NCBI GenBank assembly: GCA_002633005.1
Contig: NMRA01000071.1
Coordinates: 395,906 to 459,905 of the forward strand
DNA: 64,000 nt
Origin: Phoronis australis
Taxonomy: Eukaryota > Animalia > Phoronida
Direction: 5' to 3'
Shown here: positions 13,536 to 24,545 of the stretch, one piece after another
Numbering within the stretch: position 1 is the stretch's first letter
Layout: each line of letters opens with the position of its first letter
Translations under genes and position numbers: made by a program
The notes under the pieces: model-generated
Told to the model about the DNA's origin: nothing
Databases searched by the model: none
What the model saw: only the letters and a program-made list of their open reading frames with translations

Positions 13536-14962
13536 AGCATGTGACACGGAAAGGTTCGCTGTTTTTAAGCCGTTAAATGGATGAACACTGGCCAGCAGTG
13601 CGTACAATAGATATATTAGAAAGTATCTCTCAGTAAGAGTATGCTGACCATCAACTGCTTTATACCCTTATGGCTACGCTGACCCGTACTTAACCGCGAA
13701 CAACGAACGTGACTACGCCTTACACGCTTAGATACACACGGTCAACTAATAATGTGTATCTCTTGTTACTGCTGTCAATTAATCACTCAGGCGCATTTCG
13801 ATTACAAATTTGGCATTCCAGCAGAAACTCAACTTTTGATTTTGACTACTTGCTTTTATGAAGCTGGTCTCAAATTTTTCCTTAGTCCTTGTGTGCGTCT
13901 TGAATTGTTGTTCAACGAGCGCAGTTACTTAATCTACGCACAGCGTTGGTTATTATTTAACGTACATTTTGAGAATATATAAATATTGTGACTTAATTTT
14001 AACAGCGATACCAGGAGGAAGACAATGAGTTTTAATTAAAAAAGTTACTAATTGATATTTGAAACATTTCTGACAATTGTTCTTTTTAAAGAAAAGAATA
14101 TATGAAATAGGATGGATGTTGATCCGGTCAGTGACGTCACATGAATAAACGGGTTCATGTATTTCTGGAAGATTGACAGGGTTTGATACTGTCAAAAATG
14201 ACAAGAAATTAAGTTATTTTTGAGCTTGCTAAAAGTTTAAAAGAGCTCACATTAGAGAAATGCAGATCACGAGTAGGATGGGTGTGTGGGGCATGCAGAT
14301 CACGAGTAGGATGGGTGTGGGTTATTTTTCATCTTAAAATAGACAAAACCGTAACTATGTTTACAATTTTATGAGAAATTTCACTGACATATTTAATACA
14401 AGTGAGTGATTCATCTAGGAAAATGCCAAGGAATTTGAATATTTTTACTTGAGTGATAATGGTATGGTTAATTACAATTTTAAGTATTTGTTGCTTTTGC
14501 TAGAAGTGAAAAAGCAAAAAAAATGCTTTTAGAAATATTTAAGGAGTTTATTTGTGCAGAGCCAATCAAATTTCGAGGTTGTTATTGGTCAGAGAAGTTT
14601 GTGAATCAGGATCAGAATATTTGTTGATAGTGAGGGGAAGTATAATTGTTACAGGGAGGTATAAGTGTCACAGGGAGGTATAAATGTCATAGGGAAGTAT
14701 TGTATAAGTGTCACAGGGAGGTATAAAGTGTCATCAGCATACAATATTCAAGTGTTGCAAGAGGTAAGTAAGTCATTAAAAATATCAATGGGCCTAAAAT
14801 AGAACTGTTGAAATAGCACGATCAGAGGAATTAATTGGACAATTTGGTTTCTATCTGTTTCCAAGGTAACTGTGAATCTAGTGAAGCTCAATATTGAAAA
14901 TAAAATATTATACTTATCTCATAGACTGAATGGCGTCAAATGCTTTTCATACGTCCACGTGA

Positions 14963-15034
14963 AACAGTGACTGGGTTACAGTCATTGTCAAGATTTTAAA
15001 AAATCTTGACAATGACTGTAACCCAATCACTGTT
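14963..15034. repeat. 72-bp near-perfect palindrome (35-bp arms, 1 mismatch, 2-nt spacer)
   Basis: aacagtgactgggttacagtcattgtcaagatttt aa aaaatcttgacaatgactgtaacccaatcactgtt. Confidence 0.9.
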
Positions 15035-16043
15035 CTGTTTCTCGAGGAAAAAATAAGAAGTCGCTTAACTCAATAACTGGAAGCTCCTAATCTCTTACGT
15101 AAATGTTCTTAGGGGAGTCTTGTCCCACCTTCCTTTACGGTTCTCGTGTGAAACGTACATAAGCAAGTGTGAGTAAGGTTTAAGACGCCATGATATACGA
15201 AGTGATGCTTAAAAACAAACGTGCATCATTTTTGCTCCTCTGGTGGTTTTTCTTTTAGAAAAGGTGAGTAACTTAACAAACACCACACCACCGATTTGAT
15301 TTTCAAATCAACCACAAGCATGAACCTGGCTTAAGATATTTGTATGAAAAGCAAAATATCATTTACTTGTGTTTGGCAATTATCACCTAGCAGTGATGAA
15401 GTATGATACGGAACTATTGTAACTGTTTCATGGACTTACTTGTCGTAATCTGTCACGTCACCTTGTTATGAAAAATAACCCCAGTCGGGAATGATTACGA
15501 CCAGCGGCCAAATGTTATATTGTTCATCAATTCACATGTCGTCCTCATTGTCGTGAACAGTGATACATTGGACACACGGTGTGTTCTCTCTCCCTACAGG
15601 GGGGTCCATTCAAGATCATTTTTACACTAACATGGCCAAAAAATAACTAGGCAAGAAATAGTAGACAATACCATTATTCGCTATGTTGAAAATGACAGAA
15701 TTCGGTTAAAGATTTTGGATTCCCAATTGGTCAGTAATGAAAAACCTGTACTGAATGAGCAGCTCACAGGTGTGTACCGCACGCTGGCTCTGTTCCGTTA
15801 GGCTTGCGGGCTTCCTACCGTCTGATGCATTCACACTCTCTGCTTGTATGCCCCTCCACCTGCTGTCACCGTTTATTTTACTGTCTATATCGCTTTGCAT
15901 ACGTTCACTTCACTCATTGCCTGATGATGAGACATGTGGTCTCAAAATATAGTTAGTGTTTTAATTTGTTTGTCCGCTATGTGTCTTGGTGTTTTGCTAC
16001 ATAACTGGAGATTATTTAAAGACTACCACCAAGTATGAGCATG

Positions 16044-16283
16044 CGCACACCCAGCCTAAAAATGGGGGATCGAATTTTTGAGAATGTGGATCTTTTGTTA
16101 ACAAAAATTGAAGACCTTCTACTGTGGCAATAAAAAAACGAGTTACGTTCAGAGCTATGAATTGTGCATTCTACTTTGTCGGACTTCTTGTTTCTCTGAG
16201 GTGGACCTTTTTGCCTCTTTGCCAAATGGGGGAGGGAGTTGTTAGAGCCCCCCTCCCCGAGCCCCCCACCCAGGGTGCGCGCG
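16044..16283. mobile_element. GC-tailed MITE/short interspersed repeat, copy 1
   Basis: Clear homology to 27680-27941 (gcctaaaaatggggg...cgaatttttgagaatgtg...gttcagagct...ggaccttttt...gagccccc...gggtgcgc), with inverted ends gcgcacaccc/gggtgcgcgc. Confidence 0.7.
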
Positions 16284-17386
16284 CATGTTAAGCTGTCAAA
16301 CAAAAAGTAGTCGTGTTTTCAACCAACTTTTTATCAAAAAGTGAATAATTTGGCGAATTTTTACTCAATGCAGCTGCTGTCCTATTGTTAGCCAACCAAC
16401 AAATAATACCAAATACGCTTTTAATTTTGTCATCAGATTCTCATTATAATTGTGGTCATGGAAACAACAAAGAAACAACGACTTCCGCTATGTTGGCAAC
16501 GCGGTGGATTTCTAATTGGTGTACATTTTTACTCAAACGAAGAAGATACCACCTCAAAATATCTATTATTGACATTTCACGTTGGTCGCCAGTACAATGT
16601 GCTTATTAAAACGCAACTTTTCGTTATCGATTGCGGCAAAAAGATCAATCTGATTTTGTTCTTGATTAGCATTTTTTCCGAACAATCGATTCGTAGGTTG
16701 GCAAACGTGAGGCCTGCGCATTGTGCGTCCAACCAAGACCACTGCATCAAGTAGGCATACATCAGCGCGAGGTAAGTTTCCTAAAAATCTCATAACATGC
16801 CACTTAAGTGAGAGATCATCTGCAGCTGGTTCAAAACGGAAGTCTTGGATGGGTTGGCCAAACGTGACATCGATAGCATTTTTACTTTTCTCTGACTTTT
16901 CCAAAGCCTAGAACGATCTGCTTGGTTACGGACACCATTTGTCTAGGTATTTAATGTTTAATTACACACAAACTGTGGCCCTGAATTGCCTGATACAAAT
17001 GGTATTCAATGTTTCATTACACATAAACAGTGGTCCTGAATTGTCTGATCCATAATTTGCATTTCTTGTGTCAAAGCTTGACACTATACTGTTACACGAC
17101 CTACTATTGTGACCCACCAATCGGGAACCTTCCTTAGTAGGATTAGTTGTTAACAATTGTTCAGATATGCATAGTTCAAGATTTCTTTCAAACTATATGA
17201 GAGTAACAACCATATTTGAAGCATGAATAGAACTTTGCAGCACACATCATATTAAGTCTTGCCAGGCAATCTGAGTCTGTCGCGGTAACAACAGATGATG
17301 ACGTCAGTGAATCTTTTGTTTCAGAAAGTAGGCCTATTTCAAGACGCCAGGAGCCAGGGTCACCTCTCTCCGGAAACCATAACCAC

Positions 17387-18184
17387 GTGATGGCAGGATC
17401 GGCACAACTTCTCCTGGAAATAGATACCCGTATATCGGGTGAGGCACAAGTCAGTTCCATCACAGGCTTGGCCTGCCTATCTAATGGCGACATAGCAGCG
17501 GTAGACCTCAACAACCATAAAGTGAAGAGATACAGCATTCAAGGTGAACTCCAGGGGGAGCCACTTGAGAACGACCAACTGCGGAGACCTTGGGACTGTG
17601 AATCAACACCAGATGGCACTGTGATGGTCAGTTGTATTGCGGGCATCGTGACATTCAGGACAGACTTTCAAGCGCAGCTGCAACAAACAAAGAAGCGTCC
17701 ATGCAGCCTTGCAGTGACATCCACGGGTGACATGGTCGTCACGAATAACTCACCAAGTGTGCAAATGTTCACGCCATCTGGTGAATTAATTTGGGAAGTT
17801 GGGAATGAGCTGTTTGTTTCCCCTCAATATGTGACCGTCAACAGTAAAGACGAGTTGATTGTGACAGACGTGGTGCAAGGGTCCGTGTTTGTGTTAGATA
17901 AACAGGGCAATGTTATCTACCAGTACAAAGTACAGGAGGGGGAGGGTCCGTCGGCGGCCGGAGTGTGTGTAGATGCCGACGACCTTATTTATGTCGCGGA
18001 TCACCGTAACAGCGTCATCCACTGCTTAACACCAACCTGCCAGTTTCACGGAGCTGTGCTGTCGCGAAAAAATGGACTGGTAGGGCCTCAGGCGATCACA
18101 TTTGACCGCCATGGTCACCTGGTCGTCAGCTGTCTAGGCGAAACAATTGGAAGACACGACGTCATCAAAGTTTTCCAAGTATGA
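17387..18184 (+). CDS. NHL-repeat six-bladed beta-propeller protein (TRIM2/3/71 C-terminal-like)
   Basis: Repeated NHL motifs: GLACLSNGDIAAVDLNNHKV, PCSLAVTSTGDMVVTN, PQYVTVNSKDELIVTD, GVCVDADDLIYVADHRNSVI, PQAITFDRHGHLVVS. First in-frame ATG is 17390. Candidate acceptors at 17240 and 17324 mean it may be a terminal exon. Confidence 0.85.
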   Translation: MMAGSAQLLLEIDTRISGEAQVSSITGLACLSNGDIAAVDLNNHKVKRYSIQGELQGEPLENDQLRRPWDCESTPDGTVMVSCIAGIVTFRTDFQAQLQQTKKRPCSLAVTSTGDMVVTNNSPSVQMFTPSGELIWEVGNELFVSPQYVTVNSKDELIVTDVVQGSVFVLDKQGNVIYQYKVQEGEGPSAAGVCVDADDLIYVADHRNSVIHCLTPTCQFHGAVLSRKNGLVGPQAITFDRHGHLVVSCLGETIGRHDVIKVFQV

Positions 18185-18358
18185 GTTGTCAACGAATCTA
18201 GCACAGGTGTAAATATGACGCCCAGCCTAGGTGTATATGGCGCCTAGCACAGGCGGATATTACGCTTAGTACAGGTGTATACGACGCCTGTTTCAAGTTC
18301 TATGGACGTACACAGAAAGACACATCGGTGAGAAAAGTAACATTTGATATGATTTGCA

Positions 18359-18416
18359 GCGCAAATTCGAGCCCTGTTTTTCTGCAGTCGCAGACTAACG
18401 CTTTGTCACTGAGCTA
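18359..18416 (-). mobile_element. Degenerate tRNA-derived SINE head
   Basis: Reverse complement tagctcagtgacaaagcg...gggctcgaattt contains A- and B-box-like motifs. Confidence 0.4.
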
Positions 18417-19299
18417 AATAAAACCATTAAATGTTAAATGAGTATTTCAAGTGTACTTGAATGGGAAAGACGCCTTCATTTCAGCGAATGTCTCGCGCAC
18501 AACTTAGGCGATTTATGATAAAATCTCAAAACCACAACAGATGTCGCTGTTTCATATCGACTCTGCACGAAGCTCAATAACTTTAGAAGTCTATCCTGTC
18601 CAACAACAATCCCAACCGTAAAACCGATGATGTTGTTTTAAGTTGGAAAAAGTACGAGAGTTAAAAGTGCGAGAGTTAAAAGTGCGGAAACCCCATGTTG
18701 AGCTGACCACGAGAAGAGTGGCAATCAAAATATCAACTCACACGCTGTCAACAAAATAAAAAATGTGAAATAGAATACGAAAACTCAATCGAACACATTT
18801 AGACAAAAATCACCATTTAAAGCCCCATTTCGCCCTAAAATCAAATTGGTCGTCTTGGTAACATATAATCGGTCCCATAATACCTCTTACCTTAGTAGGA
18901 TTCCATTTTTGTTACCAACACGAACATCGAAATCATCAGGCACTCAAAAAATATTGGGCTGGCCAACCATAAAACTGAAAATTCTAAAATGGCGCATGTT
19001 TGCATTGCCTGTGACTTGAGTTGATAACAGCAATGAGAGCCTATCACTTTAATGAATACTGTGAGACCGGTTTCATGAGTTTTTAAGTAGTTAAAGAAGA
19101 CGCAATACATCTCAACCTTTAATGTTTAAAATGAAGTCATCAAATGACAGAAGTGAAAACAATGTGTAGTTAGCATAAAATGTGAGTTCCTCGAAAAATT
19201 TATTGACACGCATACACTACGCCACCTAGCGCCAAGCTGGTAGAGCCGACAGATTTGGTGTTTCTTGGAGAGTCACCGGGTAAGCCTCTCAGTGTAAGT

Positions 19300-19376
19300 A
19301 TAGGCAACAGTGTAACTAGGCAACAGTGTAACTAGGCAACAGTGTAACTAGGCAACAGTGTTACTGGACAACAGTG
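19300..19376. repeat. 16-bp tandem repeat (taggcaacagtgtaac) x~4.5
   Basis: Direct inspection. Confidence 0.85.
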
Positions 19377-19433
19377 CCGTCGGTCAATGAACGATAAATA
19401 TGAAATCTGAACTAAAATGACATCCTAAAAACA

Positions 19434-21784
19434 TCAAGCATATCCAAATTTGTGAGAGACAAAGACATTTTTGTATTGTACATTGATATGTTGATTGGAG
19501 TACAGACGGATTAAAGGCTCACCGACAGGTGCCAGGCCAAGAGACTTAACCATCTTAACAGAGTCATCGTTACACAATGGAACTTGCAAATAGAGACTAC
19601 GACCTTCGAACAGCATAATCATTTTAATCATCAGAATTTTGGCAACGAAGGAGACATCTGCAAATAGTGGACCTATCTCAAATTCATCATCACCCACAGG
19701 TCTTGCGCATGCATATCCTACAATTTTCTCATTTGAATCCACGCAGACGTAGGTGTGACTTCCGGTGTAACGAAACCACGAAGTCAAATGGGTTGCACGA
19801 GAAATGCAATGGACCTTCGTGTCATATTTAGCGATGTCGCTGAAATCAAGTTCTCTTTCTTGAACAACTTTGAACACGTGGGATTTTATTTTATTGCTGC
19901 ATTCCGAAGGCACATCTAAAGATTGTCTTCGATTGGCACGTTTATCACGTGTATATTCAATATTCTCTGTACATGTCAAATTGGTCTGAGAGTTTGACCT
20001 TCTTCCAATGCGAAAACACGTTTTATGAAGTCTCGAGTTTCTGGCATCAGAATGTTTGGAATCATCGATCTTTGACATGCCACCAACAATAAATTTCTGG
20101 TGTGTGTAGATTTTGTAGTCCTTATCTAGTAATGGAGTGCCATGGTAACACTGTGTTTTCTCGCCTTCTTGCAATCCCAGTTTCTTAAAGTGACTAACGG
20201 CGTCTACCTCCGCGTCCACTGCCCAATTACGGGGTCCGAAGTGACAGACTGCCTCGCTGAGGAGACGTGCGCCAATTCCACGCCTCCTGTAGTCACGTGA
20301 TACCACGAAAATGTCACCGAATCCATGGTGGGGGCCAATGTTGCACGCAAAGAAAACACCTAAATAAGACAAAAAGGTTATGACAGTGAGCGTGAACGCG
20401 TGAACATTTCCCAGAATATTTGCTACACACTTTCCAGTTAAATAGGCTTGGAAATTACAACAACCTGACATCTGCCTGAGATCATCGCAGTTAAGGCACT
20501 CGTATCATTCGCTTATAATTATTATCATTTCCATTATTATCGTATTCACAATGCCTTTTAACTACAAAATGCCAGTGTCTTTACAAAACGAAAAACTACG
20601 GATTGCAGCAGCCCCGATGGCTCAGTGGTCTAGAATATCGGTTAGCAAAAGGTCCCGGGTTCTAGTCCTTGTTGAGGCACATATATTTTCAGACTTACAT
20701 TTATTAGGTCATAATATGTGGCCACAGGCGGCGTTCTGATCAGATTTAGAAATATCTCAGTTTAAAATTTACGTATTTGTATACACCCATGAGTTCAAGG
20801 GCGAGATGTCCACCGCTACGACTGGATTTCTGTGTTCGACCGGTAGTCTCGATGGCTCAGTGGACTAGAGCATCTGCATGATAACAGAAGGTGCATCTGC
20901 ATAGTAACAGAAGGTGCATCTGCATGGTAACAGAAGGTGCATCTACATGGTAACAGAAGGTGCAGCTGCATGGTAACGGAAGGTGCATCTGCATGGTAAC
21001 AGAAGGTGCATCTGCATGGTAACGGAAGGTGCATCTGCATGGTAACGGAAGGTGCATCTGCATGGTAACGGAAGGTGCATCTGCATGGTAACAGAAGGTG
21101 CATCTGCATGGTAACAAAAGGCCTCATGTTGGAGTCCCTGTGAACTAGAGCATCTACATGGTAACAGAAAGTGCATCTGCATGGTAACAGAAAGTGCACC
21201 TGCATGGTAACAGAAGGTCCGGGATTCGAGTCCCGATTTGGGCAGAGGTCTTTCCAGAGTTATATTCATTACGTCACGTGATATGGCCATAGGGGAGTGC
21301 TGACCAGATTCAAACATGTTTTCGAAAATAATAAATACATGTAGCCTACCTATGCATGTAGAAATTCGAAAAGGCAAAAATAAATCAGTTCAAAATCTGA
21401 GGAATATCTAAAATGGCTATGATGTGCGCTATTTGTAACATAAACTTAAACAAATATCTTTCATTTTAACCATGTCATCACTCATTTTGCATTTTCATTG
21501 TTCTACAAGATTAATACTGATATGTTTAGTTTAGTTGTTAATGTCTGGAATTTAGCGTATTCTACCTTGAAACACATTTAACAAGTTTTTAAAAGCGTCC
21601 ACGAACCAATAATTCGATGAGTAGAACCGTCCGAGAGAAGTGCTACTTTAAACCCGAAAGGGTCCAGTTCGTAGTATGTTTCTATAGTTTCCAAAGTGAC
21701 GTCAGTCCATTCTTGGACGTTCGCTTGGATCATACAGTGAACTTCCGTCAACTCACGTGACTTCACTGAGCGAATTGTGATCAT
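19434..21784 (-). CDS. YitH/HolE-like tandem GNAT acetyltransferase (~367 aa, 2 coding exons)
   Basis: Exon 21784-21607 (MITIRSV...YYELDPFGFKVAL...RII G|) is spliced GT-AG in phase to exon 20359-19434. Acetyl-CoA motif A FVVSRDYRRRGIG; second domain YDTKVHCISR...IVGYACARP...EIGPLFAD...LQVPLCN is typical of Acetyltransf_18/YitH. Confidence 0.85.
20611..20690 (+). mobile_element. tRNA-derived SINE head / tRNA pseudogene
   Basis: A-box tggctcagtgg and B-box-like ggttctagtcc; anticodon arm degenerate. Confidence 0.55.
20846..21250 (+). mobile_element. tRNA-derived SINE with an internal 23-bp tandem expansion
   Basis: A-box tggctcagtgg (20853), about 14 copies of gcatctgcatggtaac(a/g)gaaggt, then B-box-like ggattcgagtcc (~21223). 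Confidence 0.7.
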
Positions 21785-21866
21785 CGGCGTGACATCTGAA
21801 ATGTAAACGAAGTGATGATGATTAACTTGATTTCATAACCAGAGAAAGTTTTCAGAAATAAGCAAG

Positions 21867-21987
21867 CAGGGGCGGATCCATGATTTTGAGTTGGGGGGCT
21901 GGGGCAGGGCAGAGTATTTGCCAGGATTTTGCCCGTCAGACTTTTGAACCCCCGAACTGCCAAATCCCCCCCCCAAATCTGCCACTA
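21867..21987. mobile_element. CAGGGGCGGATC-type short MITE
   Basis: Ends caggggcggatcca ... aaatctgccacta with flanking gcaag repeats. The same terminus appears at 10-22, 24250-24545 and 59520-59532. Confidence 0.6.
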
Positions 21988-24249
21988 GCAAGTACGCAAA
22001 TTGGTTGATCGGCGTGGCCCCTTTGATTAAGATTTTGGTTGTCATGCCTGAACTCTAAGGAACACATTTGCTAAGGGCGCAATGAGCTTGCAAGTAAAGC
22101 GGTGCCTGATTGCAACGTGATCTTAGATACAGAGAGATGCACCCGTTATATACCGTTTTATACTGTTTTATACACAAAGCTAAAAGACGTTTTCTGCATT
22201 TTCAATGTTGATCTTGTCAATACGCATTTATCTGACTAAAGCATCGTCATCACATACAATATGACGTCATTTGTCTCGTGTTTTTATTGTTGGATTGTAA
22301 CTCCATTTAGCCGTCACTGAGTGCAGTAAACAATCTGTTTATCCTGTTTTTTTTCATTGACCTTTGAGGTTTCCGTCCAAAGTTCAAAGACATCGTGATT
22401 ATGCGATCCGAGTGTGATATTGTGTGAAGCGCCCGTCTGCTGAAGTATAATGCTATTGACCACGCATGGGAGACAACTAGTCAATTAGTAACACACTCTC
22501 TACAGTCAGGCAGTGTATATACATTATAACTGGCAAACTTGATTAAAATTCCTGGCATAAATTCAAGCATCACGCGCGTTTCATAAAAACTTGATATGGG
22601 TTGGAAACTGTTAATCACTATCAAGGCATAGAATTAACATTCGTCGGCTTTGTGGAACATGTACAGCCGTAGAACGCAAACATCAAAGCATCATGTCTGT
22701 ATTTCTTTCGCCGCCTGACGAAAGTCCGTGCAGGTATTTTCATTCAGTTATACTGTTTATTATGAGGTTATTATGCGCTTTTGTGACGAAAGCCGATGAC
22801 AGCTCTGAAGGCCGACGTAGCGTCTGGAAGTGTGTTTATCACATACATGCAATTCCTGTACATCTTGATTTTTCAGGAATTATTTTACCCCGCGAAGAAT
22901 GTGCAAGACCGCCAGAAATAAACACCTCTCGAACTACTATTTCAGTAGAATAATGCAGACAAAAACACACGTGCAACTATTGTATTGTTAGCTGCAGCCG
23001 TTTTTAAGTGGTGTCGAAAGTGACCCCTTGATTTAGGTCAGCAGGATGTACTGCGGAGGGTTCTCCCAGTAGTAGATGAGGTTTACACTGTGGTGGGTGA
23101 CTCTTCCGTGTTGGGAAGATTGCCTTTTCGTCAAAGGTTCTTTATGGGAACCGAACTACTTCAGAAAGGTTCCCTTTACCAATATTATAGGTACCGGTGT
23201 TTTAAACAATTCTCTTGGCCAGTCTCGCCTTGCACTCATGTTTAACAACACGTCATATCTCTCTTGCACATAGCCATACAGAAGGTTTACCTTTCACGAA
23301 AGCTCCCTACAAATGGGTCCCTTTTTTCGAGTTCTTTGTCTAAATAGATGGGCATTGATTTTCCTAGTGCAACTTGTCAAAAATATAGTCGAGAACCCCC
23401 TGGGGGCCGGGCGGAGGGGCACGTCGCAACTGATCACACTCCGTTTTAAAAATTTCACGTACATTGGAAATAGTTATTTACAGGCAGTGTTCACGTCTAA
23501 AATTGAACTATGCCCACAAAAATTAAAGTCGGAAAATAAGCCATGAACTGCAACACTCACTGACCTTTGACCTCGGTTGATATGTATAAACAAGGTGATC
23601 AGGTAAACAAGGTAATCATGTGACTACAAACTTGAAGCTGATGACACGCCAAACATGAGGTGGAACTCCATACACTTTTCAAACATTTTGATAAATACGC
23701 GAACCAACAACAAAAGCGTTACCAACGAATTTGGTTAACTGGACCGAATTGACTAGGGACACGAATAAATTTTCGTCCAGCCTCTACTTAATAAGTCCTG
23801 GACTGGAAGATTCCCAGATTTCATGGGAGGCAGTAGACATGAAGTCACGGCATTTGACCCATGCAATAAGTACTACTGATTGTAGACGCTAATATTGTTA
23901 CTGGGGGAATGTCAGGCGGTAGTGAGTAAACAGATTAATTAGGAATATTGATTTGTTTTGACCTCACAGCGTCCTCACGTGCCGATACACACGGATTGTG
24001 TGTTGCTCTCGAACTTGGCGTTAGTTCACAAAAGGCTTAGCTACCATAATCAAACAAACGTAGTCAGTGATCTGGTATGCAGAGAGCGTAATATTCAGTC
24101 GTAATGGACCCCTCTTCAATCATAAGCTACAGAGCAGCATACCTAAGTTTATGGCAATACTGACACCATTTATCGTTTGCAACACCTGACCCCTCGCGAC
24201 CGACCAAAATGAAACAGAAGCATTTTGACGTAGAGGTCATTAGTAGGTC

Positions 24250-24545
24250 AGTAGCGGATCTAGGATATCATAAGGGGGGGCCCAACACGTTGCTTCGGGG
24301 AACTGGGCAAAGCGCGATTGTATGTGCACAGGGGTCCGAAACATGCGGGGGCCATGATTTGGACGTTCGGAAAATCTATCGGTGGGCTAGAATAAAAAAA
24401 CCGGGAACACGATTCCCCTGGGATCTGAACACCCCCTCATCCGCTACCGGTCCACTATATTTCTTCACGCTGTTACTCTTTCATTTTGCTTGCGGTAGTC
24501 AAGGGGGGCGGGCCCCCTGCCCTGCCCCCCTAAATCCGCCTATGT
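24250..24545. mobile_element. CAGTGGCGGATC-type MITE
   Basis: Ends cagtagcggatctagg ... cctaaatccgcctatg, with G/C-run subterminal tracts. Confidence 0.6.

Noticed and set aside
20816-21377. Cys/His-rich ORFs resembling metal-binding proteins
   Set aside because: They arise from the 23-bp repeat read in all three frames within an intron.
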